Virus record (IMG/VR): IMGVR_UViG_3300042691_037387
Coordinates: 1 to 64,000 of that record
Origin: a virus
Reading direction: 5' to 3' (one strand)
Length of the DNA stretch: 64,000 nucleotides
Below are positions 39,517 through 51,500 of this stretch, in pieces. A model generated the notes under the pieces. It was given only the letters and a program-made list of their open reading frames with translations, ran no database searches and was not told the DNA's origin. Positions within the stretch are counted from its first letter, which is position 1, and the number at the start of each line of letters is the position of its first letter. A program made the position numbers and the translations under genes.

Positions 39517-40081
39517 CAGTTACGTTTGCCTGACCATAACCAGCTGTAAATACTTTTGCGCTAGTTACACCTTGTTCTTCACTTGGTCTAAATACACCGA
39601 ATGAAGAAGGAGCTCCTTGAGCTTCTGTTCTTGCTCCGTGACCAGTGTTAGCAAATATATTAGCGGAAGTAACACCATCAAATATGTAGTTATTGTAGCT
39701 GTATTCACTAACTCTATCTGCGTGACCAAATCCTGATGGGAATGCTGCTGCACCAGATAGGCCCTTGTACTCTAGTGGCTTAAATCTTGCTCCATCGTAT
39801 GTACCACTACCATCTGGGAATGTTCCAGAAAGTGGATGGACATAGAGTGTGGTGCCATTAAATAGCTGAGAGAGGAATCTATTGCCAGGGAACTGACCAG
39901 TACCTGGTGCAAAATGATTATCTGGGGCACCATCCAAGACATGACTGGTGCTATAAAGTGGGTAGTAAGAATAGGTTCCAGTACCCTTTGCCTTGCCAGT
40001 CATTGATGTATAAGGATTGGTCATCTCAGCAGTTGACCTACCCTTTAGAACTGGTCTTGGTCCAACGTAAAAAGTTGCCAT
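39455..40081 (-). CDS. Hypothetical (probably virion) protein
   Basis: G/T/Y-rich 208 aa, AGGAG RBS, preceded by the TTACTAT motif. Confidence 0.6.
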   Translation of the reverse strand: MATFYVGPRPVLKGRSTAEMTNPYTSMTGKAKGTGTYSYYPLYSTSHVLDGAPDNHFAPGTGQFPGNRFLSQLFNGTTLYVHPLSGTFPDGSGTYDGARFKPLEYKGLSGAAAFPSGFGHADRVSEYSYNNYIFDGVTSANIFANTGHGARTEAQGAPSSFGVFRPSEEQGVTSAKVFTAGYGQANVTGDYGREKVKEWYGVPSAKAL

Positions 40082-40147
40082 TTATAGTCTCCTTGTGGAT
40101 TTGTATAAGATAATAGTAAAAGGTATTAGCCTATATTGTAATCTTAA

Positions 40148-41410
40148 TTATATAATAAAATCGCATTCTATCTTTAAATCAGACAGAACTGGAGGGGTTT
40201 TGTCATCTAACATATTTAATGTTACTTCAATCCATATTGAGCTAGATGAACCTGGATTATTTAAAGTATAGGATCCCCCATCTTCATATATAACCCTATA
40301 ACTAAATGCTGTTGACAAAAGACTTTGAGGAACATTGTAGATATACGGTGTAACATTTGTTACCTCCGATATTAGTTTGCCGGCTGGGGCATCAAATTTT
40401 ACAATGGTTTTACCACTGGTTAAGAATTTGTCATATCTTATATCTAGATCAGATAAACCGTAGCTATAAACATATTTATTTAGTTCTTTAAAATAATTTC
40501 TTTGATTCATCTTAATCCTAATTGCAGTTATTTCTAAATCTCCGAAATAAAACGACAACGGTCCTGAATTTGAAATTTTGTCAGAACCAGCTATTGACCA
40601 ACCGCCAGGAGGGACCTTGCCTATCGCATCGGTTTGCCCATTATAAAGGCCGTCAATATTTAAATCATACCATCCATCTGATTCAATAAGATTAGGATTT
40701 GATTTAGTAGTATATTCTATGGAAAATATATCAACTGATCTCATTGGGTATGGATTAAATTTTATGCAGTTAGTCTTATTTGACCCCGTATATTCTGTGG
40801 GTATCTTTACATAAAACATCATCTGCGCTCCAGCTGAGTTAGCTGAATTAGATATGATATTTCTTTTCCAAACCTTATTTGGATCATCCAAAATACAATA
40901 ATAAGTTGGTGTCGTATCAACAACTGAACCAGTGGAATCAACTCCAGAATAAGAGTTATCTATGTATGTTTTGAAAAAGTCTGGAACTACCTGACCAGTA
41001 GTTGCATTATAAAATTTAAGCTTTGAAGTTGATGACGACGAAACAACGGGCAGTGTTATGGTATTGTAATATGGGTCAAAGCTCAGCAAATCGGTTGATG
41101 AAATCGCATATGCTGTGGATAAAAAGCTAGCGTAGTCTAATTGAGTAACGCTATATAAAGATAAAACAGAGTTATCTGATTCAAGAGCACTTACTCTATC
41201 CTCTAAATCCTGAATTGCATTTGATAAAAATGCATGATCCTTGATCACTCTTTCAAATGCCTGCTGAAGATTTACCTCTACAATATTAGACTTATTATAT
41301 AGATTAACTAAGTCCTGATAGTTCTCTTCAATTCTAGAATTGTAATCGGCGCTGTCTACTATGCCGTTATATCTAATGTCTCTTTTTTGTGTTCTAATAA
41401 TTTCTGACAT
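40148..41410 (-). CDS. Putative baseplate/tail structural protein
   Basis: N-terminal coiled coil, beta-rich body, TPPVLSDLKI end shared with neighbours. Confidence 0.55.
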   Translation of the reverse strand: MSEIIRTQKRDIRYNGIVDSADYNSRIEENYQDLVNLYNKSNIVEVNLQQAFERVIKDHAFLSNAIQDLEDRVSALESDNSVLSLYSVTQLDYASFLSTAYAISSTDLLSFDPYYNTITLPVVSSSSTSKLKFYNATTGQVVPDFFKTYIDNSYSGVDSTGSVVDTTPTYYCILDDPNKVWKRNIISNSANSAGAQMMFYVKIPTEYTGSNKTNCIKFNPYPMRSVDIFSIEYTTKSNPNLIESDGWYDLNIDGLYNGQTDAIGKVPPGGWSIAGSDKISNSGPLSFYFGDLEITAIRIKMNQRNYFKELNKYVYSYGLSDLDIRYDKFLTSGKTIVKFDAPAGKLISEVTNVTPYIYNVPQSLLSTAFSYRVIYEDGGSYTLNNPGSSSSIWIEVTLNMLDDKTPPVLSDLKIECDFII

Positions 41411-41411
41411 T

Positions 41412-41819
41412 TTAAATTCCGTTTTCTAATCTTTTTATTTTACTTTCTATTCTTGAAAGCTTTGCTGACAATATGTTTGTATTCTTTACGGATAAATCAC
41501 CTAAAGATGACCCGTAGGCAGTAGTAGGATCGTCTATATTAATCTCTACTCCATCTACTTCGTAATCTGGACCATCGTTTAACTTTTCCGCCAATGTAAT
41601 AGACTTTATATTTCCGCTCAAACCGTAAGTTTTTGCCAATATATCTGCATCTATTTGATCTAAATCTAATTTAATTCTTTCAAGATCTAAAATTAAAGAG
41701 TTCATTTCTAAAATTTCAGATGAACTTATCCTAGAAGCCCTGTACTTTTGTCTAGATCTATTAAATAAAGGTTCTACTATTCGTCTTCTATTAGATTTTT
41801 TGGAAAAAGTTATTCCCAT
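41412..41819 (-). CDS. Hypothetical virion-associated coiled-coil protein
   Basis: Position in the structural operon. Confidence 0.5.
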   Translation of the reverse strand: MGITFSKKSNRRRIVEPLFNRSRQKYRASRISSSEILEMNSLILDLERIKLDLDQIDADILAKTYGLSGNIKSITLAEKLNDGPDYEVDGVEINIDDPTTAYGSSLGDLSVKNTNILSAKLSRIESKIKRLENGI

Positions 41820-41861
41820 ATTAAAATCACCTTCTCATATATTAGTACTTGTAAACATAAA

Positions 41862-43991
41862 TTAGACACTGGAATGCTTGAACTTTATTCTATATGATTG
41901 GAGAACTGGTGTAGAATAAGGGTTCTCAAATCTAGTAAGATCTGCCCTGAATCTTATGGAGTCAACCGACCTAGATGTCTTAGAGGTATAGCCAAATCTA
42001 CATACTCCATCTATTTTTTGAGAAGAAAAAATCTGTTTAATTCCATATATTGTATCAACAGTAAAGTAATTTTCTTTATCTATTTCTTTATTAGCGAAAT
42101 CAAATGGGCTTAAGTAGTAGAAGTAATCAACAAATATTGATCCATATCTTGATATACTTGTTCCTTCCATCAAAGAAAATGATGCCACGCCGTTATATGG
42201 CTTATCATAAGTAATAATTAAATTATTAATTCCTTCTTTAAATTCCCACTCTACACTCTTGCTAAGTGTTCCATTTGGAAGATCAGCTATCAACTGACCA
42301 TTAAGGTATATTGCTAAATTAAAATTATAGTTTATTTTACTTACTGTAAATATAACCTTCTGATCAGAATTGCTTAATACTTTGGTCTGCATATAACCGC
42401 TTGAAGGAGATGTTATTCCAGGATATATTGAGCCAAGCTGCTCTTTAAGAATCGATGAAAGTATATTTGCTTTATTTTGCAATATTTCTGTGGACCAATA
42501 ATCTAAATTTTTATAATTTGTCATTGTTGTATCCTGCATTATGTAATAATAATGCTTAAATGAATCCACATTTGCATATAGAGATGGATTTATGTAGTCC
42601 AAGCTTTTATTTAATGTTGCTACTCTATAAACATTTTTATTAGCATAGATGGATGAGGACGGGTTAATTTCGTTAATATTTTTTGAAGTTGAATTTACTG
42701 GTATTAATTGTAGATCATTAGCTAATGGATTTTCTTTAATCAGAATATTATCTCTCGTTGATGCCTCAAATGAGACAAGTGACTGGTAGCCAGCGGATTC
42801 TGAATCCTTTGGAGATATTGGTATCCAGTTAAAATCAGATATTGCAGTGGCATTTTCAACATTCTCTGCCACGTAGTATCTGATATCAGTTCCAGTTAAT
42901 ACTTGATCTGTTACATCTAGAGAAACCGCGTCAATGAATATTGACTGATTGTCTGATGATGGAATTGAATATGGTACAGAAACTATTGAGCCCTGCTTAT
43001 CGTAATATTTAGATCCTATCATCAATTCTCTCAAACCAAACTTATATTTATATGGACTTGAAGAATCAGAACTAATATAATCTGGTTCAACCTTGGACAT
43101 AATTATGTCTACAGAAGAATAATTATCTGCGGGGATAGCGGCTAAAAATGTTCCATAGTCTTCTCTAGAATTAATGATTCTAATCTCTGATTGTTTAGTT
43201 GAATCAACATAATTAGCTATAACATATATATTGACTGGAGAAGTGGTATAAACTGTTCCCTGCACCTTGGATATAACAAGTGAATTATTCAATGGTATTC
43301 TTATGCTTAATGATACAGAATTAATTAACGAAGAATTATATTCGTACTCCCAATATGTATCAGTTAATCCATCGAAGACATAGTTGAAAAGAGATAAATC
43401 AACATTTATTGGAAGCACTGATCCATTTGCCGAAACAGAAGCATTTGCGCTGCTTGCAATAATATTGTTTACGGTAAGATTATTGTAGTTAGCTGAATTC
43501 AATGAAGACAGTTCAACATTTTTTTTATCAACATTTACATATGCATCTGTGATATTTAAATCAATATTATTTAAAGATGCAAAATTCTCACTGATTGAAT
43601 AGAAGAAACCATCAGTGTTGCTATTGGAGAATAATAAATCGTCAACTTTTGATTCTAACTCTGATCTTCTCTTTTTTAAATTTTCCATTTTTTTATTTAA
43701 GGCGTTGATGATGCCCATCAACTGGTCATTGTTTTGAAATATAGAATCAAATATTACATCTACATTAAAAACAGAATTTGCCATTATAGAATTCAAGATA
43801 TCTACGTCAGTTACTGATATTGATCTGAGAACATCTGTATCTATTCTCAGTGGAAAGCCAGCTTTATTTACTGTAAAGTAATCATTAAAGGCTTTTCTTA
43901 TTTCCTGATCATTCGGAATTACTCCAGAAGTATGAAATATTTTATATAAATTTTCTAAAAGCCTTGCTTTTTGTATTGTAGATATATTCAC
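41862..43991 (-). CDS. Putative baseplate/tail structural protein
   Basis: Helical N-terminus, beta-sandwich body, STPVLQSYRIKF end. Confidence 0.55.
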   Translation of the reverse strand: MNISTIQKARLLENLYKIFHTSGVIPNDQEIRKAFNDYFTVNKAGFPLRIDTDVLRSISVTDVDILNSIMANSVFNVDVIFDSIFQNNDQLMGIINALNKKMENLKKRRSELESKVDDLLFSNSNTDGFFYSISENFASLNNIDLNITDAYVNVDKKNVELSSLNSANYNNLTVNNIIASSANASVSANGSVLPINVDLSLFNYVFDGLTDTYWEYEYNSSLINSVSLSIRIPLNNSLVISKVQGTVYTTSPVNIYVIANYVDSTKQSEIRIINSREDYGTFLAAIPADNYSSVDIIMSKVEPDYISSDSSSPYKYKFGLRELMIGSKYYDKQGSIVSVPYSIPSSDNQSIFIDAVSLDVTDQVLTGTDIRYYVAENVENATAISDFNWIPISPKDSESAGYQSLVSFEASTRDNILIKENPLANDLQLIPVNSTSKNINEINPSSSIYANKNVYRVATLNKSLDYINPSLYANVDSFKHYYYIMQDTTMTNYKNLDYWSTEILQNKANILSSILKEQLGSIYPGITSPSSGYMQTKVLSNSDQKVIFTVSKINYNFNLAIYLNGQLIADLPNGTLSKSVEWEFKEGINNLIITYDKPYNGVASFSLMEGTSISRYGSIFVDYFYYLSPFDFANKEIDKENYFTVDTIYGIKQIFSSQKIDGVCRFGYTSKTSRSVDSIRFRADLTRFENPYSTPVLQSYRIKFKHSSV

Positions 43992-45856
43992 GATTTTTTA
44001 ACCTTTGCTCCAAGAATATAAGAATATATAATTGGTGTTCTATTTGAATTCGGATCTTTTGATATTTCTAATTTAACTAAAACATTTTTTATTTCTTTTG
44101 GAACATTTGGATATGAATAATATGTGACGCCAGGAAGCTTATATCCTGTTGGAACATTTTGATTAAAAGCCAATACCTCGTCTCCATTTATATAGCCTGA
44201 TTGAATAGGAGAAATTCTTAGCCAATTTTTTCCTTCGTCAACTGAAACATATGCATTAATCAAAGAAGATGCCTGAAAAATACTTTCCGTATCTGCCTGT
44301 ATATTTAATATTAGAGACTCTACCGGCAAATCGAAATTAAATGGCCTTGATATTATCTGAGCGTTGTTTATATATTCATGATACTCAAAGGATATATCCC
44401 TGATTCCTATTGACATTCGCTTTGCTTTTAGTATCTGTTTTTCCATTTTTATTGGAACGTTATAAGTAATAGAACCTGAAGTTGCGGTAGATCCTAATGG
44501 GTTTTTAAAAACCGTAACTGGAACTATCTGCTTTACTGAATCTCTTACCTTAAATAAATTTGGATTAGATAGTTTTGGTATCGTCAAATATTCATTGTAT
44601 TTTATTTCTTTATAAATACTCTCATCTATATTTGACGGATTAAATCTGTACATATTGTAAAATGGACTTTCATCTCTTGCTCCATCTACATAATCTGTAA
44701 CCCAGAAACAATGTTGAATATCTACTTCTTGAAACTGGTTTTGTTCCATTGTAACTACTGCACTTGAAGCTTCAGTTTCTTCAAATGAAATTATGGCCTT
44801 ATTAATAAAGAATGAACCATATGATTCTGTTGTTATATTTTCTGGAGAAGCCCCAATAAATATTGGTTTTTTTAACACTTCAAAATCTGTTCCATCTGAT
44901 TTTGTCAGCATAACGCTGGTAACTTTTACTAGCTTAGAAGAACCAAAGTATGGAATAATTGTAAGTGAGTTACATTTTTGCGCAGCATTGGCCAATGCCT
45001 TAACTTTTAAGACTAGTGGTTCTGATATACTGTGATTTGACCAATTAACTAATGAACCATCGCTGTCTTTTATGTAACAAAATTCTTTCTCTGAGTAGCC
45101 ACTATTAGCGTTGAATATTGTTGTTGGCTTTTCAACATTTAATGCCTCATATTCAAAGTATGTTAATGGATTTTTGTCCACAATATTATTTTTATTCCCA
45201 ATTGATGGGCTATCTTCAAATACATATCGGTAAGAATTTGAGCTTAAAGGAGATGTTGACTTAACTACAACATGATTGTTTCCAATAAATCCATTTGACT
45301 CAATAACTTCTACTCTTGAACTCTGCCAACTGGCGGTTGAACGTGACTGAAGAGACAGCCTTCCATCAGATATATAAGGTATCCTGTCAGCTAAATACTT
45401 CTCTTCATCAATGTAATCATGATTATCAAAAGAATCTCCGATATAAACGATATCATCTGCTGGACTCTGTGAATACATTTGTAAAATTTTTGTTTTAGAA
45501 CTTATTCTACTAATGTATTTTTTTTCTGATTCTACTTCAGCATTAAATAAATTGTACACATTAACAGTTTTTGCACTTAAGTAGTCTAGTTGTTTGGCTG
45601 ATGTATTGATATCTTCTTTTAGGTCACTTAAAAACGAATTTATCTTTTTTGAAGAAGGGGGTTCGCCCTTTATCAGCTGCTCGATCTCTGTTTTAGCTGA
45701 ACCAATTTTCTGATAAAGTTCACTTAATGATTTATTAAAGTCATCTATTATATCCTGTTTCGTTATGAAACTTCCCTTGGACCACTTTTCTACCAAGTCA
45801 GCTACTGACTTAGCAATTTGATCGTAAGCTAATGTATATGGAGATAATTGTGTCAT
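43988..45856 (-). CDS. Putative baseplate/tail structural protein
   Basis: Similar architecture; YVSVDEGKNW, RTPIIYSYIL end. Confidence 0.55.
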   Translation of the reverse strand: MTQLSPYTLAYDQIAKSVADLVEKWSKGSFITKQDIIDDFNKSLSELYQKIGSAKTEIEQLIKGEPPSSKKINSFLSDLKEDINTSAKQLDYLSAKTVNVYNLFNAEVESEKKYISRISSKTKILQMYSQSPADDIVYIGDSFDNHDYIDEEKYLADRIPYISDGRLSLQSRSTASWQSSRVEVIESNGFIGNNHVVVKSTSPLSSNSYRYVFEDSPSIGNKNNIVDKNPLTYFEYEALNVEKPTTIFNANSGYSEKEFCYIKDSDGSLVNWSNHSISEPLVLKVKALANAAQKCNSLTIIPYFGSSKLVKVTSVMLTKSDGTDFEVLKKPIFIGASPENITTESYGSFFINKAIISFEETEASSAVVTMEQNQFQEVDIQHCFWVTDYVDGARDESPFYNMYRFNPSNIDESIYKEIKYNEYLTIPKLSNPNLFKVRDSVKQIVPVTVFKNPLGSTATSGSITYNVPIKMEKQILKAKRMSIGIRDISFEYHEYINNAQIISRPFNFDLPVESLILNIQADTESIFQASSLINAYVSVDEGKNWLRISPIQSGYINGDEVLAFNQNVPTGYKLPGVTYYSYPNVPKEIKNVLVKLEISKDPNSNRTPIIYSYILGAKVKKS

Positions 45857-45863
45857 AATTTAC

Positions 45864-48503
45864 CTATTTTTTTAGAATAACTTTTGTGAGCTTGTCATAA
45901 AATGGATCATATATTTTTGTTTTGCACTTTACGAGAACTGAATCTGCCGAGCAACTGTAATTAATATTTGGTATATTCTTTCTCATTATCAATCTAAATC
46001 TGAGTGAATTTGGAACATAGTCATATATAATCCTAAATGGAAGAGAAATGTACTGATTAAATATTATTTCTTTTCCATTTTGAATAAAATAAATTCCAGA
46101 AGATTTAAGAGTAAAATCTGGAGAATCAGAACTTTCAGTATAGTTTGTTAGATTTATAGCATAAGAACCATCATTCAAGAGTACTTTTACTGGATTATAT
46201 CCAGATCCATTTCCATAGAAAACAGTTCCGATAAGGGAGCTATAGCTAGAGTTTGATAAGAAAGAAGAATTTACGTATGGTATATTTTGAATAGTGATCC
46301 TATTAGATAAATCGGTTGAATTAAACAATTCTCCTTGACCATCACTATCAGATGCTGGCTTTGTTGATTCTTGGAAAAAACCATTAGAGACAAAGTCAAT
46401 TGAGCCATAATTATAGAATTCTAGGTTTAAATCATAACTAGCGACATAAGTTGAATTTGGATTAAGCGACGTAATAGTTATGATATTTCCGGAAACCGAA
46501 TATTGACTTGGATCAATGATCCAGCCATTTTCATAAAGACTTAATGAATCCTGCCTAAAAGAAAATCTAGTTCTTGCAGTTTTACTGCTTTGATCAAAAA
46601 ATAAAACTTCTGAAGAAATAGAACTTTCTCCATGAGAGATAATTGGAATCCAGTATCTTTCATCATCTGGAACTTCTATCGTTGAAAAAGACAATTCATA
46701 AGATGTTGATTCCTTAAGATCATAACTATAATTAAAAAGATCTAAGTTTGACTTATCTTTTATTAGCTTTAATTTAGCAGCAGTGGGATGTCCATTTAGT
46801 GGTATTTTTTTACTAACAAAACATGCTTTATTCGATTGCTTTGCTTCAACGGATGCAAATTCTATTGATTTTAAAGAAAAAGAATATTCATACTGGTCTT
46901 CCTGTTCTTGTTCCAACATATCTAAGATGGTTGAAGAAGAAGATCTAGAAGCGACTTGCGCATTTGAAAATTGAAATTTAGATGAATTAAAATTGTTAGA
47001 AGACTTAATTGGCAGAAGTCCTACTGATTTAAAGTTGAATAAGTTTGCGCCTGAAAGAGAAGATTCAACATAAGTTCTTTGATCAAATATTTCTGCTTTT
47101 TGATCAATTACATGAGCCATAAAATTCTGAAATATATTTGAAATAATTGATGAATTAAAATTATCAAAACTTCCATTTTCCTTCATGTCTTGAAGAAGAG
47201 TTCTTGAATATATTGGTGCATTATTGGAGTCATCAACACATGGATACCTATAAGAATAGTAATTTGTTATGTAGTCTTTGTTTTTTACTAGTTCTTTTAA
47301 AGAATTATTTTTCAAAAAAATACTATATACTAAGTCTTGCAGTTTATCTGTATTAGTTTTTCTTTTGTCCCTTAAATCTTTTAGTATTCTATATATTTTT
47401 CTTGATATTATCTCAGAATTATTCGTTGTTATTTCGGTTCTTTTATATAAAGATTGATTGAATATTAGAATAATTTTTTTTGCTACTGATTCTTCAAAAG
47501 CAATTTCTGTTATAGAGTCAATCTTTTTGGGAGAAGAAAGAACTGGCACAAAACCTCTGTTGGTCGAATTCAATTCCACTCTATTTAAATTTGTTGACGT
47601 AATGCTTTGTATGGTTTCGACTACATCATCAGAATTATTAAATATTGCTACCTGCAGCAACTGTAGACCGTTTGAATAATTTGGTGTTATATAAATTGTA
47701 TTAATTAGCTGAGGAGTAGAAAATATTATTTCTACATAAGTCTGCGCACCATTTATACTGGATGTATCGTAATTACAATATTCTGCTAATTCACGAATAG
47801 AAGATTTTATTACAGTAGGCGACTTGACTGAAACAGACCAAGAATCCGATAATGTTTCAGTTAAAACAGATTCGAAGCCAGAGTCGGTATGATTCATCAG
47901 GTAATAGTTTGAATTTACAATAATTGATTCAATATTATTTATTTCATTTTTAATATCAGATTTAGTTCCTATTTTAAATAGGCCAGACTTTGTATCAACA
48001 AATCCGTTTCCATTTTCGTCAAAGTTGATACCATCTCTATCAACTAGGTTAAAATATAAACCATCTGATCTATAGTCTTGAAGTGCGTTGTCAAATTTTT
48101 CATAGTAATTTGAATTAAATAAATCATCTTTTCCAGATATATATTCATAATTATTTATAAAATTTTCTAATTGTTCTACATCTTTTTCCATCTTATCTAT
48201 CTCAGATGAGAAGACATCAATCATTGAATTGATAATTAATCCGACTGTGTTAGCGACACTGAAATAGTTTTTAATTCTTATGTCAGCGTCTCTGAATGCC
48301 TCTATAAAATATTCTTTATTTAGAGTAGAAAACTGAGATATTAAACCTGGATCATAATAATTGTTAATTTGAAAATCTTTTATTCCAGATATAAGCGAAG
48401 ATATCTCTGACTTGTCTGCCTTTATATTTTTGAGCACGCTGGAGACGAAGGTTCTTGATCCTGTCCTTAAGCTATTTATTGCTGATGGAAGATATGTATC
48501 CAT
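45864..48503 (-). CDS. Putative baseplate/tail structural protein
   Basis: 879 aa with the same architecture as its neighbours. Confidence 0.55.
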   Translation of the reverse strand: MDTYLPSAINSLRTGSRTFVSSVLKNIKADKSEISSLISGIKDFQINNYYDPGLISQFSTLNKEYFIEAFRDADIRIKNYFSVANTVGLIINSMIDVFSSEIDKMEKDVEQLENFINNYEYISGKDDLFNSNYYEKFDNALQDYRSDGLYFNLVDRDGINFDENGNGFVDTKSGLFKIGTKSDIKNEINNIESIIVNSNYYLMNHTDSGFESVLTETLSDSWSVSVKSPTVIKSSIRELAEYCNYDTSSINGAQTYVEIIFSTPQLINTIYITPNYSNGLQLLQVAIFNNSDDVVETIQSITSTNLNRVELNSTNRGFVPVLSSPKKIDSITEIAFEESVAKKIILIFNQSLYKRTEITTNNSEIISRKIYRILKDLRDKRKTNTDKLQDLVYSIFLKNNSLKELVKNKDYITNYYSYRYPCVDDSNNAPIYSRTLLQDMKENGSFDNFNSSIISNIFQNFMAHVIDQKAEIFDQRTYVESSLSGANLFNFKSVGLLPIKSSNNFNSSKFQFSNAQVASRSSSSTILDMLEQEQEDQYEYSFSLKSIEFASVEAKQSNKACFVSKKIPLNGHPTAAKLKLIKDKSNLDLFNYSYDLKESTSYELSFSTIEVPDDERYWIPIISHGESSISSEVLFFDQSSKTARTRFSFRQDSLSLYENGWIIDPSQYSVSGNIITITSLNPNSTYVASYDLNLEFYNYGSIDFVSNGFFQESTKPASDSDGQGELFNSTDLSNRITIQNIPYVNSSFLSNSSYSSLIGTVFYGNGSGYNPVKVLLNDGSYAINLTNYTESSDSPDFTLKSSGIYFIQNGKEIIFNQYISLPFRIIYDYVPNSLRFRLIMRKNIPNINYSCSADSVLVKCKTKIYDPFYDKLTKVILKK

Positions 48504-51500
48504 TTATTTTACTCCAAACGAATTGCCATCCATATCCTGAATTTCAAAAGATACTCCAGCGGTTAGATTCCTATAAACTATATCATAAATTTCTGTAATA
48601 TTTAAGAAATTTTCTTTTACTTCTTTTGGAAGTTTAATTATTACATATCCACCTTTTGGATACGCCATTCCGTAAGATGGGTACATATCCCAATAAGAAA
48701 TTGTATCTGAGTCATATTCAAAAGCTTCTTTAGTATCATACTGATAAGATATACCGCCACCCTTAAGTCTGGTATCAAAGACATCAACAGGAATTTGTGA
48801 CCTACTATATATAACTATTCCTATCATAAGAGCAAATGGATTGTACTTATTTGAAGTTGGGTTAAATATATCCTTGTCATATGTAAAGTTTACTGGATAA
48901 GAATTGCTATATTCAGTAACTTTAGAGTATTCACTAAAGGTAGAATTAATATTTGTTCTTTTTTCTATCTTAGTTGGAAGCAAATAAATATATAGTGGTT
49001 TTTCTACTTGTATAGTATCTTTGTTTAGGAGAGGATTAAGGGGTATTTCTTCTCCATTAACTTGATAAATCTGTATATCACTATTCTTTGCAACATACGA
49101 TATCTTAATATCGGATTCTTTATCTGGAACAAATCTTTCAGTAAACTCAATTACCCCTGTTTCAGAGTTATAATTTTTTACTTTTGATAAAGGTATTCTT
49201 TCCCAGACTTTTTCTGATGGTCTCGTTGCTGACAAGTTAGTGTTTCTGTAGATTTCAAATTGTGGTCTTATCAAATTAAGAATTGAGTAATCATAATTTG
49301 AAGGTTCTGCCCAAACTAGGAATGGTGACTGTCTGACCTTTATTGTATTTGTTGATACTACAATTGGATTTTCATCCTTAACTTCATAGTAGCCTTTTCC
49401 AAATATTTTTGACCAACTGACACCAGGCGTAGTGTATGTTTCATAATGGCAGAGCAAATCTTGGTTAAGATATCGTGATTTCCAGTCATCATATATATTT
49501 GAATCCATATGTATAGATTTTATAAATGACCCCTGAGTTATAGACAAAGGCCAAGCTTTCTTCTGCTCAATGTCTAATGACATATTTCCAATTCTAATTC
49601 TTGAATTGGAATTAAATCTAACAGAATATACTGGATAAATTTTCTTTAATGGTATATTAACAGGCTTGAAAACATTTGAATTTTTTGGACCGATATAATC
49701 AATTTTATTTTGAGTATTACCATCCGCATCTATTGCACATACGGCTACGTAAACATTATCTATTCCTCTAGATAAAAGTTCAATGTATGATATTTTTTTA
49801 CCAATAAATTCTTTCTGCTTATTATCAAAGAATCCATATATTATTCCGTCTGTATTGGTTATGTTGCTATAAAGATCTATGTCACCAAATCTTATATCTC
49901 TTTCTACTCCTTCGGATAGGTCTGGAAACTCAGGCGATATATCCTGATAAGATGGTATTCCAATTGGCTTATAAGTAGCATTTTGTAGACCGTTTAAATA
50001 GACTTTCCCTGATTCATATAATGCTGGTTTTTGCGCCAACAAAACAATGCCATCGTGAACTGTAACTGTTTCCCTACTATCTAATACATTTCCATCTACT
50101 GAAACAAGTACATAGTCATTGCTTGATATTCCTTTTGTTTTAATGGCTATTGTTGAACCAGAATAATATGAAGAAGATGTAGATAAAGTTATTTTTCCAT
50201 AACCTCCAGAAACTCTTAAATCAGAGTAAACGATATCTACAACTGAAGACGGGCTAGGTATAAATTGTTTTGTATCTGAATTCAAAGACGTAATCACCGA
50301 AGATGTATTTCCAATGATTTCTGGAATCATTTTTGGTTTAGAGAAGTCAAATTTAATTTGAGTTCCGTCCGTGGTAAAAGGTCCACTATTTAATGAATAA
50401 ACGTTGGGCGTTAGAGTTTGAGTGTATATCCTATCCTTATAGAAGTAAGACAATGATGTAAAATATACATTATAATCTTTTTCCTTACATTTAACATCAT
50501 TATATATATAGCTTATACTGTTTGTCGGTGATAAATTACTAAATGCATGCGTAGCTTTTGCATAAGCTATTATCTCTACTTGGTTTGTTTCTTCTACAGC
50601 AAAGTCTTCTATGGTAATATTAACATTAACTTCAAATGCCCCTGAAGGAAGAGCTTCTTTAATCCACGAAGACCCATTCCATTTATAATATCCGTCTTCA
50701 GTTCCTCTAATCCAAATTTTTTTATCAGTAACATTTGACTTTAATTGTTTTGCTGAGTAGTCGTAATATAATTCTGCAGGATGACTAGCATAAGGTGTTA
50801 AATCTTTTCCATTAAAGTATTGATATGCAGAAGAATCTGGTTGAGAAGATAAGCTGTCAACAGCCTCATACGTATTTGACCAATCGTGTGTTTTGCCAGT
50901 AACTCTTTGTGTCCAACCATATTCAGTCGGAACTGCTCTAACGGCAGTTTGAGCTGTTACCTGCACCGATTCCAAGGAGTAGCCTTCGGCAAATTGACCA
51001 TATATTGCATTAATATTCTTTAATTTTTCTGCAGACTCTATTTTTATAAACATATGCCTACATTTAGAAGACTCTACACCTAAATCTATCTCAACAATTC
51101 CATTTTCATCTGCTGATTTATTGACTATAGAGGTAGAATATAGACTAAGTCTTTGTGCAGTAGTTAACGGAGATCCGCTATGGTCAGCGCTAGAATAGCC
51201 GTAGCTATAAATTTTTGCTTTTCTCCATTGACCAAAGTTAACTGTTAATCTCTTTATTGTTTGATAACCTTCTGGGATTGAGAAGTATATTATGTCTGTT
51301 ATTTTAGATGGCCCCTCAAAACCAGTGAATGTTATCTTCTTATATTCTCTTCCAATTGTCAAGTTTTCAATTGATGCTACGGCTGCATCCCAAAAATTTA
51401 GCACCCCGTACTGACTGGCACGATCTCTCCAAGTATTATAAGATGCGATGTCTTCATCTTTTAATGTTTTTAGTCTTCTTGCAAGAAGTGATTTTGTTTC

